From contig NW_027139436.1 of NCBI RefSeq assembly GCF_035084215.1, positions 124,001 to 188,000 on the forward strand: a stretch of 64,000 nt of DNA, read 5' to 3'. Below the pieces are notes generated by a model. The model saw only the letters and a list, made by a program, of their open reading frames with translations, was not told the origin of the DNA and searched no databases. Of the stretch, positions 48,964-60,184 are shown in pieces. Source of the stretch: Heptranchias perlo. Its lineage: Eukaryota. A program made the translations under genes and the position numbers. The number at the start of each line of letters is the position of its first letter. The first letter of the stretch is position 1.

Positions 48964-49013
48964 CTGAAGTCACTGTCAGCAAGGTTCCTTTCCCCCAGTA
49001 GTCAAGATAGTCA
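48964..49013 (-). CDS. IgW: IgW JH segment (DYLDYWGKGTLLTVTS)
   Basis: WGxG motif; donor TCAG|GTAAGA, phase 1, in frame with CH1. Confidence 0.95.
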
Positions 49014-49052
49014 CACTGTGCTCCCTCTCCTCATTCACCCAATGCAGTAACT
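49014..49052 (+). promoter_or_regulatory. JH 23-RSS
   Basis: Heptamer CACTGTG (49014-49020), 23-nt spacer, weak nonamer GCAGTAACT (49044-49052). Confidence 0.8.
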
Positions 49053-49392
49053 TAACTTGCCCACGATATGTAATAATCTCAGGCTGGGGTCAAAATAAAC
49101 CTTCTTTTAACCTGGGAGCAGCTGCTTCCTGGATTTTGATCTCAAATTCCATCCTGAACCTCTCCCAAGTGTATTAATAAATGAGGTATTTTTGGACTTT
49201 TCCTGTCTGCAGATACCAACTCCTGCACGTTCCAGAGGGACAGAATCCACCCCTTTTTGCCTTCTATTTTCCCAGGAATCGACATTTTCCTCCCACAGTC
49301 CGAGTCAGTGTTTCGATATTTGACTCTGGGATGCACGAGTGGGGAATCGATGGGCACAGGCTCTGATACACACGGTCACTTGTCCCGGGGGG

Positions 49393-49460
49393 AGTTTCTG
49401 TCACACTCTATACTACTGTGGTCCCAGTATATCACAGTGCTTCACTCCATGTCATAAACC
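49393..49460 (-). other. IgW: IgW D2 segment (coding 49421-49432, ATATACTGGGAC) flanked by 12/12 RSS
   Basis: + strand: AGTTTCTGT-12-TACTGTG [D] CACAGTG-12-TCATAAACC. Confidence 0.93.
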
Positions 49461-49785
49461 ACCCTCATAAGATCCAGCCCCAAACAAAATGGACCAAACA
49501 ACCGGCCAGTAGGTTCATTGACTCCTCCTCAGTCTGTATCCGTGTGTCCCCCACACATCCAGGTGGCAAACTCGGGGGGTTTCAGGACTTTAAAGGGAGA
49601 TGATAAAATCCACAAGGAGCTTTCACTGTCCTTTGTCGCACTGCGATCTCTCAGTAACATCTTCAAAGAAAATTGCTTTGCCCTCCCAGATTATTTAATC
49701 AGGAGCTGATTTATATCCACGGGACACGAGGTGAAGGCCGGTGATTTGTCCCCAAGAGTCCAATTTAAACAGTTGTGGTGAGGCA

Positions 49786-49868
49786 GGTTTGTGAATGGAG
49801 AGAGTCCCCGTTCCTCACACTGTGCCACCCACTGTATAGACACTGTGATACACACCCGTACACTAACC
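49786..49868 (-). other. IgW: IgW D1 segment (coding 49825-49840, TCTATACAGTGGGTGG) with V-side 12-RSS and J-side 23-RSS
   Basis: + strand: GGTTTGTGA-23-CACTGTG [D] CACTGTG-12-ACACTAACC. Confidence 0.93.
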
Positions 49869-51016
49869 TCCACCCCTTTCACTCTCACTGAGCCCAGTCA
49901 CTTCACATTTAAACCACACTGCACTGCTCCAAGTGAACTAACCTGCTCTCTGATTCACACTGGCGATGGGTTGGGGGGCGGTGGTTTCGTGGATCTGTCA
50001 CTGGACCAGTGATCCGGAGGCCTGGGTTTCATCATCTGGAAAGAAAGAGCTGGGATCAGGAAAAGTGACCCTCAAACAGTCGGATTGTCCTCAAAACCCC
50101 AACTGGTTCACTCATGTCCTTTAGGGAAGGAAACCTGGTCTGGCCGATAGGTGACTCCAGTCTCACACAGGGTTCCCATCCCTCCCGGAATGACTGGGAG
50201 TTTCCCGGAATCGGGGATACCTCCCCCCGAGCGCTGAGTCCAGCAGCCCCGGGTGATCAGCAATTTCAATTGCCCGCTGCAGTGCCCCCCCGTTCTCTCT
50301 GTCCCTTCCTCCCCTCCCCCTCTCCCTCTCCTCCCCCACCTCCCATCCCCCTCCCCCCCTCCTCTTCCCCTCTCCCTCTCCTCCCCCACCTCCCCCTCCC
50401 CCTCTCCCGCTCCATGACGTCACCAGCTCCTTGTGGAGAAACCTCCTGCTCGATGACGTCACCCGCCCTCCACTGGGACCGTGTGGAGCGCAGTCAGAGG
50501 GGGGGGGTGTTGGAGAGTCAGTAATCAGGGGGGCAGGGCTGGAGGGTCAGTTATTGGGGGGCTCAGGAATCGTGGGGTTCGGGAATTGAAGGGGCGGCTG
50601 GGGAATGGGGGAGAAGGGAGGGAGACTGGGGAATTGGGGCTTGGGGAGCGAGAGACTGGGGATGGGGGTTTAGGGGATGGGAGGTGGGGGCGAGAAGGGG
50701 ATTAGGGGTCAGGGATTTGCGAGTCAAGCAAGGCGGGGGGTTGGGAATGGGTTGGGAGTGGGGGGAATGTTTTGGGGTTTGGGGGATGGGTTGGGGATGG
50801 GGGGATGGTGGATGGTTTGGGGAGGGGGGGTGGATTGGGGGTGGGTGTGGGGGGTCCAGCATTTCCCACAGAGTCGGGAGCAGTGACCTGGTGAGTGGGA
50901 GAGGCACTGAGGGAGGAGCAGCCAGTAAAGGGGTGAGTGAGACCTGGGGGTCTCACTGTGGGGAAATAGTGAAAGATTATTTCCACTGGTGGGCGAATGG
51001 GGAACTGGGGAGGGGG

Positions 51017-51055
51017 AGTTCTTGTCGCAGCCCAGCCCTGGTTCCTCTCACTGTG
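51017..51055 (-). promoter_or_regulatory. VH 23-RSS
   Basis: - strand: CACAGTG, 23 nt, ACAAGAACT. Confidence 0.95.
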
Positions 51056-51353
51056 TCTCTCGCACAGTAATAGATGGCGGTGTCCTCAGCTCTCAGATTG
51101 GTCATTTGGAGATAAAAGGTGCTGCTGTCCTTGGAAGCTGTGAATCGGTTTTGGACTCCAGGCGCGTAATACTTGTAACTTTCTGAATAAAACGCTACTA
51201 ACCACTCCAGCCCCTTCCCGGGGACCTGTTTGACCCAGTGCATGCTGTAGCTGCTGAGACTGAACCCACTCACTGCACAGGAGAGTTTGTGAGACTCCCC
51301 GGGCTTTTTCACCACTGACTCGGGCTGGGTCAGCACGATGTCAGACCGGACGC
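51056..51353 (-). CDS. IgW: IgW VH exon
   Basis: AACAG|GC GTC CGG TCT; [22 protein letters not shown]...[15 protein letters not shown]...[10 protein letters not shown]; no stops. Confidence 0.97.
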
Positions 51354-51476
51354 CTGTTAATAAAGAGAGAAATAAAAGAGAGCGCACTTTAATAAACCAA
51401 TTGAACAAACCGCGGGTCAAAGAGACTGGGAATAATCAGCCGCACTGAGTGGGAATAAAGCGACGGGGACACTCAC

Positions 51477-51522
51477 ATGTTAGACAGGCCAGAAGGACAC
51501 AGAGATAAGAAACAATCTCCAT
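51477..51522 (-). CDS. IgW: IgW leader exon (MEIVSYLCVLLACLT)
   Basis: 46-nt exon with hydrophobic core; T|GTGAGT donor, phase 1, in frame with the V exon. Confidence 0.93.
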
Positions 51523-51612
51523 CGCCCTGTGTATTCACCGAGACTCAGACACTCCGCAAAACAGCAGCAATCGGCTGCTTCAGGGCTTTGTTTGGAGCTG
51601 AACTCAGTGCTG

Positions 51613-51735
51613 TTTAAATAGGGAAGTGGAGGGAGGGAGGGAGTGAGTGAGTGAGTGAGGGAGTGAGGGGCCCACGGATTGAACAGTGGCCCCACCCACA
51701 GAAACCAGGGGCACAGCTTCCTGTCCCCGCCCCCA
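51613..51735 (-). promoter_or_regulatory. Putative VH promoter
   Basis: TATTTAAA at 51613-51620 (- strand), adjacent Ets-type GGAAGTG, a second Ets core at about 51717 and a GC box at about 51725; no ATGCAAAT octamer seen. Confidence 0.55.
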
Positions 51736-51799
51736 GCAGCGAATTCAATTCTCTGAAAGGGATTTATTTATAGATCAGGCGGCAGATTGGCGGCAAAAA

Positions 51800-52080
51800 T
51801 AAGATCTGGATTAAAGATCGAGGAATACAAAGATAATCCCCGGCTTCTCTTCCCCACCACAAACCATCTCCTTAAACCCCTCTCCCCTGCCCCCTCCACC
51901 CTCACCTCCAACGACAAGTCCGAGGGGCTCATGGACGACTTTGTCACTAAGATTGAGACCATCCGTTCAGCTGCCTCTGTCACTTCCCTCCCTTCCCCTC
52001 GCCCACCGAGACAAACTTCCCCGAAGGATCCCCCCTGCCCAAACCCTGAACTCACATCTTTCTCTAGTTTCTCTCCAAAC
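51800..52080 (+). mobile_element. L2-type LINE ORF2 internal fragment
   Basis: IEEYKDNPRLLF.TTNHLLKP...FVTKIETIRS resembles the L2 endonuclease-RT linker. Confidence 0.7.
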
Positions 52081-55000
52081 TGGTCGAGATCTGGTATTTC
52101 TAATCCTGACATTGTTACTGGTCTAGATCTGGTATTTCTAATCCTGACAGTATTACTGGTCTAGATCTGGTATTTCCAATCCTGACAGTGTTACTGGTCC
52201 AGATCTGGTATTTCTAATCCTGACAGTATTACTGGTCGAGATCTGGTATTTCCAATCCTGACAGTATTACTGGTCCAGATCTGGTATTTCTAATCCTGAC
52301 AGTGTCACTGGTCTAGATCTGGTATTTCTAATCCTGACAGTATTACTGGTCTAGATCTGGTATTTCCAATCCTGACAGTATTACTGGTCCAGATCTGGTA
52401 TTTCTAATCCTGACAGTATTACTGGTCCAGATCTGGTATTTCTAATCCTGACAGTATTACTGGTCCAGATCTGGTATTTCTAATCCTGACAGTATTACTG
52501 GTCCAGATCTGGTATTTCTAATCCTGACAGTATTACTGGTCTAGATCTGGTATTTCCAATCCTGACAGTATTACTGGTCCAGATCTGGTATTTCTAATCC
52601 TGACAGTATTACTGGTCTAGATCTGGTATTTCTAATCCTGACAGTATTACTGGTCCAGATCTGGTATTTCTAATCCTGACAGTATTACTGGTCCAGATCT
52701 GGTATTTCTAATCCTGACAGTATTACTGGTCTAGATCTGGTATTTCTAATCCTGACAGTATTACTGGTCCAGATCTGGTATTTCTAATCCTGACAGTATT
52801 ACTGGTCCAGATCTGGTATTTCTAATCCTGACAGTATTACTGGTCCAGATCTGGTATTTCTAATCCTGACAGTATTACTGGTCTAGATCTGGTATTTCTA
52901 ATCCTGACAGTATTACTGGTCCAGATCTGGTATTTCTAATCCTGACAGTATTACTGGTCCAGATCTGGTATTTCTAATCCTGACAGTATTACTGGTCTAG
53001 ATCTGGTATTTCTAATCCTGACAGTATTACTGGTCCAGATCTGGTATTTCTAATCCTGACAGTATTACTGGTCTAGATCTGGTATTTCCAATCCTGACAG
53101 TATTACTGGTCCAGATCTGGTATTTCTAATCCTGACAGTATTACTGGTCCGGATCTGGTATTTCTAATCCTGACAGTATTACTGGTCTAGATCTGGTATT
53201 TCTAATCCTGACAGTATTACTGGTCTGGATCTGGTATTTCTAATCCTGACAGTGTTACTGGTCCAGATCTGGTATTTCTAATCCTGACAGTATTACTGGT
53301 CCAGATCTGGTATTTCTAATCCTGACAGTATTACTGGTCTAGATCTGGTATTTCTAATCCTGACAGTGTTACTGGTCTAGATCTGGTATTTCTAATCCTG
53401 ACAGTATTACTGGTCTAGATCTGGTATTTCCAATCCTGACAGTGTTACTGGTCTCGATCTGGTATTTCTAATCCTGACAGTGTTACTGGTCCAGATCTGG
53501 TATTTCCAATCCTGACAGTATTACTGGTCCAGATCTGGTATTTCTAATCCTGACAGTATTACTGGTCCAGATCTGGTATTTCTAATCCTGACAGTATTAC
53601 TGGTCTAGATCTGGTATTTCTAATCCTGACAGTATTACTGGTCCAGATCTGGTATTTCTAATCCTGACAGTATTACTGGTCTAAATCCGGTATTTCCAAT
53701 CCTGACAGTGTTACTGGTCCAGATCTGGTATTTCTAATCCTGACAGTATTACTGGTCTCGATTTGGTATTTCTAATCCTGACAGTATTACTGGTCTAGAT
53801 CTGGTATTTCTAATCCTGACAGTATTACTGATCTAGATCTGGTATTTCTAATCCTGACAGTATTACTGGTCTAGATCTGGTATTTCTAATCCTGACAGTA
53901 TTACTGGTCCAGATCTGGTATTTCTAATCCTGACAGTATTACTGGTCCAGATCTGGTATTTCCAATCCTGACAGTATTACTGGTCCAGATCTGGTATTTC
54001 CAATCCTGACAGTATGACTGGTCCAGATCTGGTATTTCTAATCCTTACAGTATTACTGGTCCAGATCTGGTATTTCCAATCCTGACAGTATTACTGGTCT
54101 AGATCTGGTATTTCTAATCCTGACAGTATTACTGGTCCAGAACTGGTATTTCCAATCCTGACAGTATTACTGGTCTAGATCTGGTATTTCTAATCCTGAC
54201 AGTATTACTGGTCTAGATCTGGTATTTCTAATCCTGACAGTGTTCCTGGTCTAGATCTGGTATTTCTAATCCTGACAGTATTACTGGTCTAGATCTGGTA
54301 TTTCTAATCCTGACAGTATTACTGGTCCAGATCTGGTATTTCTAATCCTGACAGTATTACTGGTCCAGATCTGGTATTTCTAATCCTGACAGTATTACTG
54401 GTCCAGATCTGGTATTTCCAATCCTGACCGTGTTCCTGGTCTAGATCTGGTATTTCTAATCCTGACAGTGTCACTGGTCTAGATCTGGTATTTCTAATCC
54501 TGACAGTTTTACTGGTCTAGATCTGGTATTTCTAATCCTGACAGTATTACTGGTCAAGATCTGGTATTTCCAATCCTGACCGTGTTCCTGGTCTAGATCT
54601 GGTATTTCTAATCCTGACAGTTTTACTGGTCTAGATCTGGTATTTCTAATCCTGACAGTATTACTGGTCAAGATCTGGTATTTCCAATCCTGACCGTGTT
54701 CCTGGTCTAGATCTGGTATTTCTAATCCTGACAGTATTACTGGTCAAGATCTGGTATTTCCAATCCTGACAGTGTCACTGGTCTAGATCTGGTATTTCTA
54801 ATCCTGACAGTATTACTGGTCTAGATCTGGTATTTCTAATCCTGACAGTATTACTGGTCTCGATCTGGTATTTCTAATCCTGACAGTTTTACTGGTCTAG
54901 ATCTGGTATTTCTAATCCTGACAGTATTACTGGTCTAGATCTGGTATTTCTAATCCTGACAGTATTACTGGTCCAGATCTGGTATTTCTGATCCAGACAG

Positions 55001-56011
55001 TATTACTGGTCCAGATCTGGTATTTCCAATCCTGACAGTATGACTGGTCTAGATCTGGTATTTCTAATCCTGACAGTGTCACTGGTCTAGATCTGGTATT
55101 TCTAATCCTGACAGTATTACTGGTCCAGATCTGGTATTTCCAATCCTGACCGTGTTCCTGGTCTAGATCTGGTATTTCTAATCCTGACAGTGTCACTGGT
55201 CTAGATCTGGTATTTCTAATCCTGACAGTATTACTGGTCCAGATCTGGTATTTCTAATCCTGACAGTATTACTGGTCAAGATCTGGTATTTCCAATCCTG
55301 ACCGTGTTCCTGGTCTAGATCTGGTATTTCTAATCCTGACAGTATTACTGGTCTCGATCTGGTATTTCCAATCCTGACAGTATTACTGGTCCAGATCTGG
55401 TATTTCTAATCCTGACAGTATTACTGGTCTCGATCTGGTATTTCCAATCCTGACAGTATTACTGGTCTAGATCTGGTATTTCTAATCCTGACAGTATTAC
55501 TGGTCCAGATCTGGTATTTCTAATCCTGACAGTGTCACTGGTCTAGATCTGGTATTTCTAATCCTGACAGTATTACTGGTCTCGATCTGGTATTTCCAAT
55601 CCTGACAGTATTACTGGTCTAGATCTGGTATTTCTAATCCTGACAGTATTACTGGTCTAGATCTGGTATTTCTAATCCTGACAGTATTACTGGTCTAGAT
55701 CTGGTATTTCTAATCCTGACTGTGTTACTGGTCTAGATCTGGTATTTCTAATCCTGACAGTGTCACTGGTCTAGATCTGGTATTTCTAATCCTGACAGTA
55801 TTACTGGTCCAGATCTGGTATTTCTAATCCTGACAGTATTACTGGTCTAGATCTGGTATTTCTAATCCTGACAGTATTACTGGTCCAGATCTGGTATTTC
55901 TAATCCTGACAGTATTACTGGTCTAGATCTGGTATTTCTAATCCTGACAGTATTACCGGTCTAGATCTGGTATTTCTAATCCTGACAGTGTTACTGGTCT
56001 AGATCTGGTAT
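52080..56011. repeat. 38-bp minisatellite, about 103 copies (AGATCTGGTATTTCTAATCCTGACAGTATTACTGGTCY)
   Basis: Tandem periodicity. Confidence 0.97.
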
Positions 56012-56029
56012 CAATTCTGTGAACAGGGA

Positions 56030-56487
56030 GATATCTGTGCACTGACTGGTGTCTCTCAGTCCCTCTCTCTCAGGGTGATATCTGTACACTGACTGGTGTC
56101 TCTCAGTCCCTCTCTCTCAGGGTGATATCTGTACACTGACTGGTGTCTCTCAGTCCCTCTCTCTCAGGATGATATCTGTGCACTGACTGCTGTCTCTCAG
56201 TCCCTCTCTCTCAGGGTGATATCTGTGCACTGACTGGTGTCTCTCAGTCCCTCTCTCTCAGGGTGATATCTGTACACTGACTGCTGTCTCTCAGTCCCTC
56301 TCTCTCAGGGTGATATCTGTGCACTGACTGGTGTCTCTCAGTCCCTCTCTCTCAGGGTGATATCTGTGCACTGACTGGTGTCTCTCAGTCCCTCTCTCTC
56401 AGGATGATATCTGTACACTGACTGGTGTCTCTCAGTCCCTCTCTCTCAGGATGATATCTGTACACTGACTGGTGTCTCTCAGTCCCT
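56030..56487. repeat. 47-bp minisatellite, about 10 copies (unrelated to 1-900)
   Basis: Unit GATATCTGTGCACTGACTGGTGTCTCTCAGTCCCTCTCTCTCAGGGT. Confidence 0.95.
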
Positions 56488-56499
56488 TCTTTGCATGGT

Positions 56500-56730
56500 G
56501 TTACTAATGCGGCCAACACAATGGCTGTATGGGGAGAGTCCACCGTGTGAGGCCACCCCACCCTGTATCGTACAGAATGTATTCGGAGATGTGCTCTGTG
56601 TTTTTAAATTGTAATATTTGGAATCGTATTGTTTAGGATCCGTGTTGTATTGTTTTGAAATGTGTGGCCTTGGAATTGTGGTGTCTTTAAATTTGATGAA
56701 ATAAAGTATATTTTGAAATATTAAAATAAA
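56500..56730 (+). mobile_element. Tx1-like LINE extreme 3' end
   Basis: CACCGTGTGAGGCCACCCCACCCTGTATCGTACAGAATG matches 20106-20145. Confidence 0.8.
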
Positions 56731-57535
56731 TTCCGACATCTGATGGTGTTCCTGACGGTGTTTCACTCCTACACTAGATGCCATTATTGGGACATGTCGT
56801 CCTGCCAATGGAAACAGTCTATTGACGGTGACCTTGCCTGTTCATTTGATCATTTTGAACACCTCGATCACATATCCTGGGTTCCAATTCGAGTCTGACA
56901 TCGATCCCATCTCAGGTTCAGGGTCTCCACTCCCGTTAAGCAGTCTGGGAATCTTAATATTAAGGCAGTTGATTCCCGCTGCCCTGGATCGACTCGTCCC
57001 ACAGTGAGACCCGGGGATGGAACAGTGATCTCCCCCTTGTGATCCCCACCCCACACTCATGTCTTTTCCACCTGGGCCTCTCAGCCTGGGCTCAGTGGGG
57101 ATCACTCTCACCTCTGAGTCACAAGGTCGTGGGTTCAAGGCCCACTCCAGAGACTTGAGGCCCTAATGTAGGCTGACACTTCGGTGCAGTGCTGAGGGAG
57201 TGCTGCACTGCCGGAGGTGCCGTCTTTCGGATGGGACGTTAAACCGAGGCCCTGTCTGCCCCTCTCCGGTGGATCGAAAAGATCCCACGGCCACTATTGG
57301 AAGAAGAGCAGGGGAGTTCTCCCCGGTGTCCTGGGCCAATATTTATCCCTGAACCAATATCATTAAAATAGATTATCTGACCATTTTATCTCATTGCTGA
57401 TTGTGGGATCTTGCTGTGCACAAATTGGCGGCCGCGATTCCTACATTACAACAGTGATTACACTTCAAAAATTAATTAATTGTCTGTAAATCACTTTGGT
57501 CCTGAGGTTGTGAAAGGCACTGTATGAATGGAAGT
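56730..57535 (+). repeat. Left arm of an inverted duplication (335 bp non-SINE sequence plus Deu-SINE 57083-57535)
   Basis: Reverse complement of 59375-60184. Confidence 0.9.
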
Positions 57536-57699
57536 TACTGCCAGTTACAGGAAGAGGAGGGGAACTTGGGATCGATTTGTAAACTCACGGGGAAAGGGCG
57601 GGGGAATGGGACTGACTGGATTGGTCTTACAAAGAGCCAGCACAGGCTCGATGGGCAGAATGGCCTCCTTCTGTGCTGTAACCATTCGATGATTCTATG

Positions 57700-58022
57700 A
57701 GGGGAGTCAGAGAGACGGTGAGGGGGAATCGGAGAGACCGTGAGGGGAATCGGAGAGACCGTGAGGGGGATCGGAGACACTGTGAGGGGAATCAGAGAGA
57801 CCGTGAGGGGAATCAGAGAGACTGTGAGCGGAATCAGAGAGACCGCGAGGGGAATCAGAGAACCCGTGAGGGGAAACGGAGAGACCGCGAGGGGAATCGG
57901 AGAGACCGTGAGGGGAATCGGAGAGACCGTGAGGGGAATCAGAAAGACCGTGAGGGGAATCAGAAAGACCGTGAGGGGAATCAGAGAGACCGCGAGGGGA
58001 ATCAGAGAGACCGTGAGGGGAA
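57700..58022. repeat. 21-bp minisatellite (GAGGGGAATCAGAGAGACCGT), about 15 copies
   Basis: Tandem periodicity. Confidence 0.93.
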
Positions 58023-58539
58023 ACAGCTTTGTTCTTGTTTTTATTTTCACACCAGGCAGCATCTTAATGAATGTTTGCTGCACCGTCTCGATTGCCTCAA
58101 CACAGTGTGGATCCCCACACTGCACACAGTGCTCCGACTGTGGTCTTACTGTCGGTTTATAAAGATTCACCATTTACCCCTCGACCTTGAGATTCCAGCT
58201 CGGGACGGACAAACCAAGGAGGAGGGGCAAACTCCCAGCCCCGCCTGAGGGCTCAGAGAGAGGGAGAGCTGAATTTAAAAAGGCTCCATATTCAGAGAGG
58301 GTGTGTTCAGATCCCCAGGGGGTAACAGGGGGTTTGGGCCCTGAGGCCTGCACCCAAAAGCATGCAGGAGGAACCAGCTTTATGTGTCTTACCTGCTCAA
58401 GGGAGAGGAGACATGGGAGCCCACATGGTGCACAGACAGACGGGGACATGTTATGTCATTCCATGGGTGCGGTTCCCTGGTCTAGACGGCCGAGGGACAG
58501 GTGGAGACGGCCCCGATGGTAGAACCCGGAATAAATCTG

Positions 58540-58850
58540 GAAATAAAAAGTTGGGATCAGGAAAAGTGACCGTGGAGCTGTCGGATTATCGTAAAGACCC
58601 AACTGCTTCAGGAACTACCTGTGGGGAACCTGCCGTCCTTCCCCAGTCCGGCCTATACGTGACTCCAGTCCCACACCAACCTGGTTGACTCTTAGCTGCC
58701 CTCTGAAGTGGACGAGCAAGATATTCATTTGTATGAAACCACATCCAGCGGTTCAAGATGAAGGCCCACCCCCACCTTCTCAGGGCAACTCGAGACGGGC
58801 AATAAATGCCGGCCTTGCCCAGCGGTGCCCCACACCCCGAGAATTAATCA
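58540..58850 (+). mobile_element. MetaSINE-like element with a LINE-derived tail
   Basis: Core CCGGCCTATACGTGACTCCAGTCCCAC...GGTTGACTCTTAGCTGCCCTCTGAA; tail GGGCAATAAATGCCGGCCTTGCC. Confidence 0.65.
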
Positions 58851-59374
58851 AAGAAACAGAGACTCCTAGACGGCCGGTGGGTAATTTGCTCATCGGGAGT
58901 TGTCTCTCCCAGAGACCGGACAACAAGTGTTTCATTTGTCTGGGTTTTGGGAAAGACGCCTCTCCCCACATTGTGTTTGAAAACCCTTTGATCTCTGTCA
59001 GTCTGCGAGAGGGGGGTCTTTTAACACAGAGCTTTTAGGAGCGGAACGCAGACACCAAGAGAGGCAGTCAGGCTTTTGGAAACAGAAGGCTGCCCAGTCA
59101 GGCGGGCAGCCGAGTGCTGCTCGAAGGTTCAGTGAATACGGGGAACTGCAGAGAGAGAGGTTCTGCAGAGGAGTTGTTCTGTTTGGATCAAGATTCCCCT
59201 CCCAGGTGGTGGGAGGACAGTGGATTCTCGAGACCCTTTCATCACTCGAATGTGAGCTGGACTGATTGAATGAAGTGACTCTGATTGTCCCTGTTGTTCT
59301 GAACATCTCACCCGGCTTTGGAATAAAGCAGCAAACAAATCGAACCAAAGTTCACCTCCTCTCACAGTAACTCC

Positions 59375-60184
59375 CGGGAACTTTCCTTCATACAGAGCCT
59401 TTCACAAACCTCAGGACCTCCCAAAGAGCTTTGCAGACAATTCAGGATTTTCTGAAGTGCAGTCACTGTTGTAATGTAGGAAAGGCGGGAGCCAATTTGC
59501 GCACAGCAAGATCCCACAAACAGCAATGAGATAAAATGACCAGATAATTTGTTATTTAATGATGTTGGTTGAGGGATAAATATTGGCCCTGGACACCGGG
59601 GAGAACTTCCAGGCTCTTCTTCGAAATGGTCCCATGGGATCTTTTCCACCCACCTGAGAGGGCAGGTGGGGCCTCGGTTTAACGTCTCACCCGAAGGACG
59701 GCACCTCCGACAGTGCAGCTCTCCCTCAGTGAGTGTCAGCTGGGATTATGGGCTGAAGTCTCTGGAATGGGGTTTGAACCCATGACCTTTCTGACTCAGA
59801 GGCGAGAGTGATCCCCACTGAGCCCAGGCTCAGGAGATCCAGGCGCAGAAGACATGAGTGTGGGGTGGGGATCACAAGGGGGAGATCACTGTTCCATCCC
59901 CGGGTCTCACTGTGGGACGAGTCGATCCAGGGCAGCGGGAATCAACTGCCTCAATATTAAGATTCCCAGACTGCTTAACGGGAGTGGAGACCCTGAACCT
60001 GAGATGGGATCGATGTCAGACTCGAATTGGAACCCAGGATATGTGATCGAGGTGTTCAAAATGATCAAATGAACAGGCAAGGTCACCGTCAATAGACTGT
60101 TTCCATTGGCAGGACGACATGTCCCAATAATGGCATCCAGTGTAGGAGTGAAACACCGTCAGGAACACCATCAGATGTCAGAAT
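59375..60184 (-). repeat. Right arm of the inverted duplication (Deu-SINE plus 335 bp non-SINE sequence)
   Basis: Identical spurious ORFs on opposite strands (56822+ and 59907-). Confidence 0.9.

Noticed and set aside
50954-50960. CACTGTG suggesting a third D segment
   Set aside because: No nonamer at 12 or 23 nt and no paired heptamer
32589-51522. Assignment as IgM or IgNAR
   Set aside because: Six CH exons, a conventional VH with full FR2/CDR2, a CH1 domain and a separate Cys-rich short tail fit IgW
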